Origin: Candidatus Aeolococcus gillhamiae | Lineage (GTDB): Bacteria; Chloroflexota; Dormibacteria; Aeolococcales; Aeolococcaceae | Assembly (NCBI GenBank): GCA_003244045.1 | Contig: QHBU01000153.1 | Span: 67-64,066 of the forward strand | Reading direction: 5' to 3' | Length of the DNA: 64,000 nt | Part shown: in pieces, positions 58,005 through 64,000 of the stretch | Layout of the letters: the number at the start of each line of letters is the position of its first letter | How positions within the stretch are numbered: the stretch's first letter is position 1 | Notes under the pieces: model-generated | What the model saw: only the letters and a program-made list of their open reading frames with translations | Told to the model about the DNA's origin: nothing | Database searches by the model: none | Translations under genes and position numbers: made by a program

Positions 58005-60194
58005 GTGGGCGCTCGCCCAGCGCCGACGGCTCGAGCCGGAGAGGGAGTCGTATTGGCCCTGCACGACCTCGCGCAAGCTCTCCCCGGACTGGTCGTCGCT
58101 GTCCTGCTGCCCGGGTACGCCCTGGCCACCCTGCTGGTGCCACGGTGGCGAGCGTGGGAGCGGCTCGCCGGCGCTCCCGGGTTGGCTGCGGGGTTCCTGG
58201 GCGTTCTCGGGCTCGGCATGCGGTTGGTTCACATACCCTTCGAGCCGCTCACGGTGCTCCCCTGCATCGCAGCGCTCGCCGCCGCGGCCACCTTCCGAGC
58301 GCGCCGAACGGAACAGGGCCCACGCACTGAGCGGCCATGGTGGATCGCGGTGCCCGCCCTGATCGCGGGTGGGGTCGCCGCAGGAGTGTTCGCGGCGGCT
58401 CTCTCCGGACAGGTGCTCCCGCCCGACTGGGACCCACGCGCTCACGGTGCACTTGCCGCGGCGATCGCCAGGACGCACGACGTCATCCCCGTCTTCCCGA
58501 TACCGCTACAGGGCACGGCGTTCTCCTACGCGCGACCTGGTTTCGAGGCGATGACCGCCGTCGTGTCCTGGATCGGGGGGCCTTCTCCCGCGGCGTGTAT
58601 GACGCCGGTCATCACTGTGTGCCTTGTCCTCATGCCCCTGGGACTCACGCTTCTTGCACTCGAGGCGGGCGGCTCGCTGGCACTCGCCGCCGTCGTGCCC
58701 CTGGTGGCGGTGGGCATGGCCTTTCCGTCATTCCAGGCGATCCTCGGACGCTTTCCCCAGGTGGTGGACTCGACCCTGGTGGTGCCGTTCATCGTTGCCG
58801 CGATGCGCCTTGTGCGCGGCCGAGAAGCTCTCGACAACGCGCTCCTGCTCGGTGTCGCAACGGCGTCCATCTGGGTGGTGCACGGCCTCGAGGTCCTCAC
58901 CGCGCTCGTTGTCGGCGGGTTGCTGCTGGCGATGACCGCAGTTCGCGCATTGCGGGCGTCGGCGGGCCTAGCGCTGCTGCGCACCGGGGCTGCCGGGGTG
59001 GCCGTGGCGGCCGGGGCCGCGGTGGTCACGCTGCTGACCCGCCGGCCACACGTCTCGCTGGCTACCGTCGCCGAAGCGTCGACGATCCCGTCGCCATCCG
59101 CAGGCTCGCCGGCGCACCTGCACATGCTTCTCCAGTTGGTCGCGCAGACCGACTTTGTCAGCCCTCTGGCCGTCGGCCTCTACGTCGTCGGGATCGGGGC
59201 TCTCCTCGTCCGGCGACGGATGTGGTGGGTGCTTGTCGCGCACATCGTCGTGATCCTCGCCATGGCCGACAGCCTGTATTGGCACCACCTGGGCAGGTTC
59301 TGGCGCGACGTCGTCTTCCCCTATGGCGACGAGGATCGGCTGCTCGGGGTGCAGTTCTGGATCATCCCCTTCATCGTCGGGACCGGCCTGCTCGCCGTCG
59401 CGACGGTGATGCGGCGGCTCGCCGCTGATCGCCGTCTCGCAGTGGCGTCGAGCCTGGGCGCTGTGATGCTCGCTGGCATCGTGTATGTCCTGCGCACCCC
59501 CCTGGACCGCGCATACACCGACTTCTTCGCCAATCCCGTCGTGAACGTGCCCCCGCTCGGCGTCTTCGACCGCCTGGCGCACCCGACCCACTGGCGCATC
59601 GCCGCCATCTGCACTCTCCTTGCGCTGGTCGCCGGTTGGATCGGCCTGTGCCTGCGCACGAACGTCGCTTCAGGCCTGCGGGCCCGTTTTGGTGTTCGGA
59701 GAACTGTCGACGCCGCGGCCGCCGCCGTGGCGGTCATCGCATTGATCGGGCTTGCCCTGGGCGGGCAATCGGAGCTGGGGGTGTACCAGCGGGCCGTTGT
59801 CGACCGTGCCACGGCGACGCCCGCCGATGTTGCGGTCCTGGCGCGCATGTCCGCGGCTCTTCCCAAGGGCTCGTTGGTGCTTACCGACGGCCTCAACGAT
59901 GCCGGGATCTGGGTTCTCTCGCTCACCGACCTGACGCCGCTGGTGCCGCCCGGCTCCGAAGGCGGAGCTCTCAGCCTGCCGCTGCTCGCAGCCCTCTCCC
60001 ATGCCTGCGATGACCCGGCGGCCGCGGTTGCCGCTCTGCAGAACGTCGCGGCGATCTTCGTGGGTTCCCATACGATCCCCGGGAGCGCGTACCCATGGAG
60101 AGCCGACTGCATTGCACAGCTGCCCGGTGTGCGCAAGGTCGCCTCCGCACCGTGGCAGGGCACGGAGGCAGCCGGATTCGCGGTGAGCCGATAG
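58005..60194 (+). CDS. large polytopic membrane protein (candidate GT-C glycosyltransferase/polymerase)
   Basis: 729 aa with more than 12 hydrophobic segments and a C-terminal soluble domain. Start uncertain (GTG 58005 or TTG ~58053). No family confidently recognised. Confidence 0.7.
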   Translation: MGARPAPTARAGEGVVLALHDLAQALPGLVVAVLLPGYALATLLVPRWRAWERLAGAPGLAAGFLGVLGLGMRLVHIPFEPLTVLPCIAALAAAATFRARRTEQGPRTERPWWIAVPALIAGGVAAGVFAAALSGQVLPPDWDPRAHGALAAAIARTHDVIPVFPIPLQGTAFSYARPGFEAMTAVVSWIGGPSPAACMTPVITVCLVLMPLGLTLLALEAGGSLALAAVVPLVAVGMAFPSFQAILGRFPQVVDSTLVVPFIVAAMRLVRGREALDNALLLGVATASIWVVHGLEVLTALVVGGLLLAMTAVRALRASAGLALLRTGAAGVAVAAGAAVVTLLTRRPHVSLATVAEASTIPSPSAGSPAHLHMLLQLVAQTDFVSPLAVGLYVVGIGALLVRRRMWWVLVAHIVVILAMADSLYWHHLGRFWRDVVFPYGDEDRLLGVQFWIIPFIVGTGLLAVATVMRRLAADRRLAVASSLGAVMLAGIVYVLRTPLDRAYTDFFANPVVNVPPLGVFDRLAHPTHWRIAAICTLLALVAGWIGLCLRTNVASGLRARFGVRRTVDAAAAAVAVIALIGLALGGQSELGVYQRAVVDRATATPADVAVLARMSAALPKGSLVLTDGLNDAGIWVLSLTDLTPLVPPGSEGGALSLPLLAALSHACDDPAAAVAALQNVAAIFVGSHTIPGSAYPWRADCIAQLPGVRKVASAPWQGTEAAGFAVSR

Positions 60195-60247
60195 CCCGGC
60201 GGGAGCGGCGCAGCGCGCGTGCGTCGGGGGACCGCAGAATCCCGTGT

Positions 60248-61171
60248 GTGAACACTCTCAAGCGCCAGCGCGCGGCGCGCTGGCTTCGCGGGTCCGGCAT
60301 CGAGATCGGCGCCCTCGACACCCCGCTCGCTGTCCCCGCCGGCGTCGACGTGCGGTACGTCGATCGCGTTCCCACCGAGCAGCTGCACGACCAGTACAAG
60401 GAGCTGCCCGACGCCGACTTCGCGCCGGTGTCGATCGTCGGCGACGCCCAGGACCTCTCGGCGCTCCCGGACTCGTCCGTCGACTTCGTCATCGCCAACC
60501 ACCTGCTCGAGCACCTCGAGAACCCCATCGCCGGGTTACGCGAGATGCTGCGTGTGATCCGATCCGGTGGCGTCCTCTACATGGCGCTTCCCGACCCACG
60601 TGTCACGTTCGACGTCGATCGCGAGCTGACGTCGGTGGACCACGTGGTCGACGAGTACCGCAACGGCACGTCCCACACCAGGGAGGCGCACTTCATCGAG
60701 TGGGTCGAGAAAGCCGAGAAGCACGTGGAGTGGATGCGGAGGGCGGGCGTCAGCACCGGGCCGTCCCGGGTGCGCGAGCTCATGGACCTCGACTACAGCA
60801 TCCACTTCCATGTGTGGCGGCCCGACACGTTCCTCGAGTTCCTCGTCGGTGCGACGCGGGAGGCCGGCCTCGAGATGGAGATGGTGGAGTTCATCCCACG
60901 CCAGCAGGGCGACGACGAGTACATCTTCGTGTTCCTCAAGGGGATCGCCCCGGTCGACCTCGCGGTCCCGCCCGTACCGGAGGACGGGGCGGCACAGCAG
61001 CTGCACGCCGAGGTCGCGGCACTGCGTGCCGAGGTGGCCCGCCTCGCGGTGACAGCGGACCAGCTGGCCGCGGTCACTGCTTCGCGCAGCTGGCGGGTGA
61101 CCGCGCCGTTGCGAGCGGCGAGCGTCGCCGCCGCGCGGCTGCGCCACCGACGCCGAGCCGGTCTGTCCTGA
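60248..61171 (+). CDS. SAM-dependent methyltransferase with C-terminal coiled coil
   Basis: Track ORF trimmed to GTG 60248. GIEIGALDTP, VDFVIANHLLEHLENP, GGVLYMALPD. C-terminal LHAEVAALRAEVARLAVTADQLAAV followed by SRSWRVTAPLR. Confidence 0.75.
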   Translation: MNTLKRQRAARWLRGSGIEIGALDTPLAVPAGVDVRYVDRVPTEQLHDQYKELPDADFAPVSIVGDAQDLSALPDSSVDFVIANHLLEHLENPIAGLREMLRVIRSGGVLYMALPDPRVTFDVDRELTSVDHVVDEYRNGTSHTREAHFIEWVEKAEKHVEWMRRAGVSTGPSRVRELMDLDYSIHFHVWRPDTFLEFLVGATREAGLEMEMVEFIPRQQGDDEYIFVFLKGIAPVDLAVPPVPEDGAAQQLHAEVAALRAEVARLAVTADQLAAVTASRSWRVTAPLRAASVAAARLRHRRRAGLS

Positions 61172-61181
61172 CGGGGCGCGC

Positions 61182-62414
61182 TCAGGAGGGTGCGATCACC
61201 ACGCTGTGGCGCCGCGGTCCAAGCTGCCAGATGAGCACCCCGGCCAGGGCCAGCAGCGCCCAGGGCACCAGCCGCCCGGGCGGAGCCGCCTGATCGGCCC
61301 CGAGGTCGACTGCCGTCGTCAGCGAGAGCGCCACCCAGCCGGCGAGCACGGCGCGGCCATGGCGTCCTGGCCAAGCGCACGCCCCGTCCCGGCCGGCGGC
61401 CCAGGCCATCATCCAGACCAGGACCGGCGCCAGCAGCACCATGTCGTGGCTGAGCAGGTGTGGTGAGGCGAGCAGGGAGAGCAGGGTGGCCGAAGCCAGG
61501 CAGGGCTCGAGGGCGCTCCGATCCCAGGCCAGGCGGCGACCGAGGCCGATGCAGGCCGCGACCGCCGCGAGGCTCCCCGCCGCTGCGAGCAGGTGCGCCG
61601 CCGTGCCGTTGCCCAGCCAGGACCCCGTCAACCCGGTGAATCCGAGCAGCGACGCCAGGGGCCAGCGCGTGGCGTCGGCGACTCCAGCGCTCACGAACCC
61701 GGACAACCCCGCGGGCCCGGCGGCGATCAGGGACGCCAGCACGACCGCCGCCAGGCCGGCCGCGGCGCCGGCGAGCACCCGCCGCTCGCGCCAGCCCAGC
61801 AGCAGCGCGGCGAGCCCGATGGCCAGGTGGGGCTTGGCGATCGCCGCGCTCGCTGCCAGGACCACGCCGCCGGCGAAGCCTCGATCGCGGCGCCACAGCG
61901 CGTACGCCCCGGCCAGGCCCAGAGCGGTGAAGCCGTCCCATTGGGCGAGGAGGCCGAGGCTCAGCGTCCCTGTCCCGGCCAGCGCGGCCAGGGCGGTGGC
62001 CAGGCGCACACCGGGCTGCGACAGGCGGGCCGGCCACGGTGCCCTGCGGAGCGTCACCACGACGGCGGCAGCGAGCATCAGCAGCTGTGCCGCCTGCCAG
62101 ATCCGGTACGCCGTCGCCAAGGGCAGGACTGTCAGGGGGACGACGATGGCGGCGGCCACTGGTGGATTGACGTAGGGAAGGTTGCCGCGCCGCAGCGGGG
62201 CGATGAGCGCGGCGTGCAACGGCGCCTGGAGCGCCTGGTCGTACATCGCCGCCCCGTGCCCTTCGCGCAGCAGGGTGGCACCGACGTAGGTGGCGGTGAA
62301 GTCGGAGGTCCCGATGTTGATCGTGCTGACGCCACTCCACAGCGCCAGGTACGCCGCGAGAAGGACGAGGGCAGCGGTGGCGACGACGGCGGCGGGAAGG
62401 CGCGGCCGGGACAT
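61182..62414 (-). CDS. GT-C membrane glycosyltransferase (DUF2029/GT87-like)
   Basis: Track ORF trimmed to ATG 62414 (MSRPRLPAAVVATAALVLLAAY). GTSDFTATYVGATLLREGHGAAMYD...LPYVNPP motif and many TM segments. Confidence 0.75.
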   Translation of the reverse strand: MSRPRLPAAVVATAALVLLAAYLALWSGVSTINIGTSDFTATYVGATLLREGHGAAMYDQALQAPLHAALIAPLRRGNLPYVNPPVAAAIVVPLTVLPLATAYRIWQAAQLLMLAAAVVVTLRRAPWPARLSQPGVRLATALAALAGTGTLSLGLLAQWDGFTALGLAGAYALWRRDRGFAGGVVLAASAAIAKPHLAIGLAALLLGWRERRVLAGAAAGLAAVVLASLIAAGPAGLSGFVSAGVADATRWPLASLLGFTGLTGSWLGNGTAAHLLAAAGSLAAVAACIGLGRRLAWDRSALEPCLASATLLSLLASPHLLSHDMVLLAPVLVWMMAWAAGRDGACAWPGRHGRAVLAGWVALSLTTAVDLGADQAAPPGRLVPWALLALAGVLIWQLGPRRHSVVIAPS

Positions 62415-62475
62415 GGGGACGAGCCGACGGTAGCATCGAACGCGGGGCCGCTCATCGCCTCCGTGCAACGGCTCG

Positions 62476-62936
62476 GTGAGCGCTGTGCCGCACGGGCGTT
62501 TCATACTCGGCCGGGTGCTGACCAGGATCGACCACGTGGGCATCGCCGTCCCGGACATCGACGCCGCGGTCGAGGCGTACACCCGCCTCGTCGGACGCCC
62601 TCCGAGCCACCGTCAGCGCGTCGACTCCGACGGCATCGAGGCGGTGATGTTCGAGGTCGGTGAATCGCGCGTCGAATTGCTCGGCTCGACCGGCCCCGAT
62701 TCCAAGATCGCGGGCTTCCTGGAGCGGCGCGGGGGAGGCCTGCACCATGTCGCCTACGGTGTCGACGACGTCCAGGAGGCACTCGACGAGTACACGGGCT
62801 TGGGGCTGCGCACCCTGGACAGCTCCCCACGGCGTGGCGCCGCCGGCCGGCTCGTCGCCTTCCTCCACCCGTCTGCCGGCGCCGGGGTGCTGACCGAGCT
62901 CTGCATGGCCGATCCCGAACCGGACCACGCCGCAGA

Positions 62937-62940
<4 letters not shown>
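62476..62940 (+). CDS. mce: methylmalonyl-CoA epimerase (VOC/glyoxalase fold)
   Basis: [18 protein letters not shown]...VELL....[20 protein letters not shown]. The start may be GTG 62515. Confidence 0.85.

Positions 62941-64000
<1,060 letters not shown>

Overview
High-GC (about 70% on hand-counted lines) actinobacterial-type chromosomal window, read by hand without tools. Starts were adjusted by motif position and checked for frame against the ORF track. No rRNA, CRISPR array or transposase was seen. Layout: (1) 1-1449, a sortase (cut by the window edge) and its cell-wall-anchored substrate. (2) 2396-18067, a ~15.7-kb integrative element in the 3' end of tRNA-Pro(CGG), bounded by a perfect 19-bp direct repeat. 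It carries a tyrosine integrase, an Xis-type HTH protein, a DUF3631-like P-loop replication protein and a small-terminase-like gene, but no recognisable virion or conjugation genes, so it looks like a phage satellite. Its cargo is defence-like: a 1604-aa single-chain fusion of a RecB/Cas4-like nuclease, a DEDD exonuclease and a complete MmeI-type restriction-methylase, a MazEF module with a translationally coupled third gene, and several nonsense-disrupted genes. A 9-mer (CTGTCGTCA) occurs as tandem pairs in both element arms and over the int promoter. (3) 18.2-35.3 kb, mostly housekeeping genes: acyltransferase, SRPBCC, two GT-C/DUF2029 membrane glycosyltransferases around ppm1, pdxS/pdxT, GNAT, R3H-AAA, tmk-darA, DUF554, enoyl-CoA hydratase, membrane Fe-S oxidoreductase and SCP2. 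(4) 35.4-62.4 kb, a ~27-kb glycan locus. It encodes a complete pseudaminic/legionaminic-type nonulosonic-acid pathway split over two convergent operons, plus unusual extras: an oxidoreductase/class-III aminotransferase pair, a FemAB-like enzyme, KpsC/KpsS-like transferases, two tandem paralogs of unknown function, an alpha/beta hydrolase and methyltransferases. A second module holds the priming transferase, sugar-nucleotide enzymes and GT-C proteins. (5) 62.5-64.0 kb, methylmalonyl-CoA epimerase and the start of an acyl-CoA mutase. The best candidates for something undescribed are the nuclease/restriction-methylase fusion on the satellite-like element and the decorated nonulosonic-acid locus.
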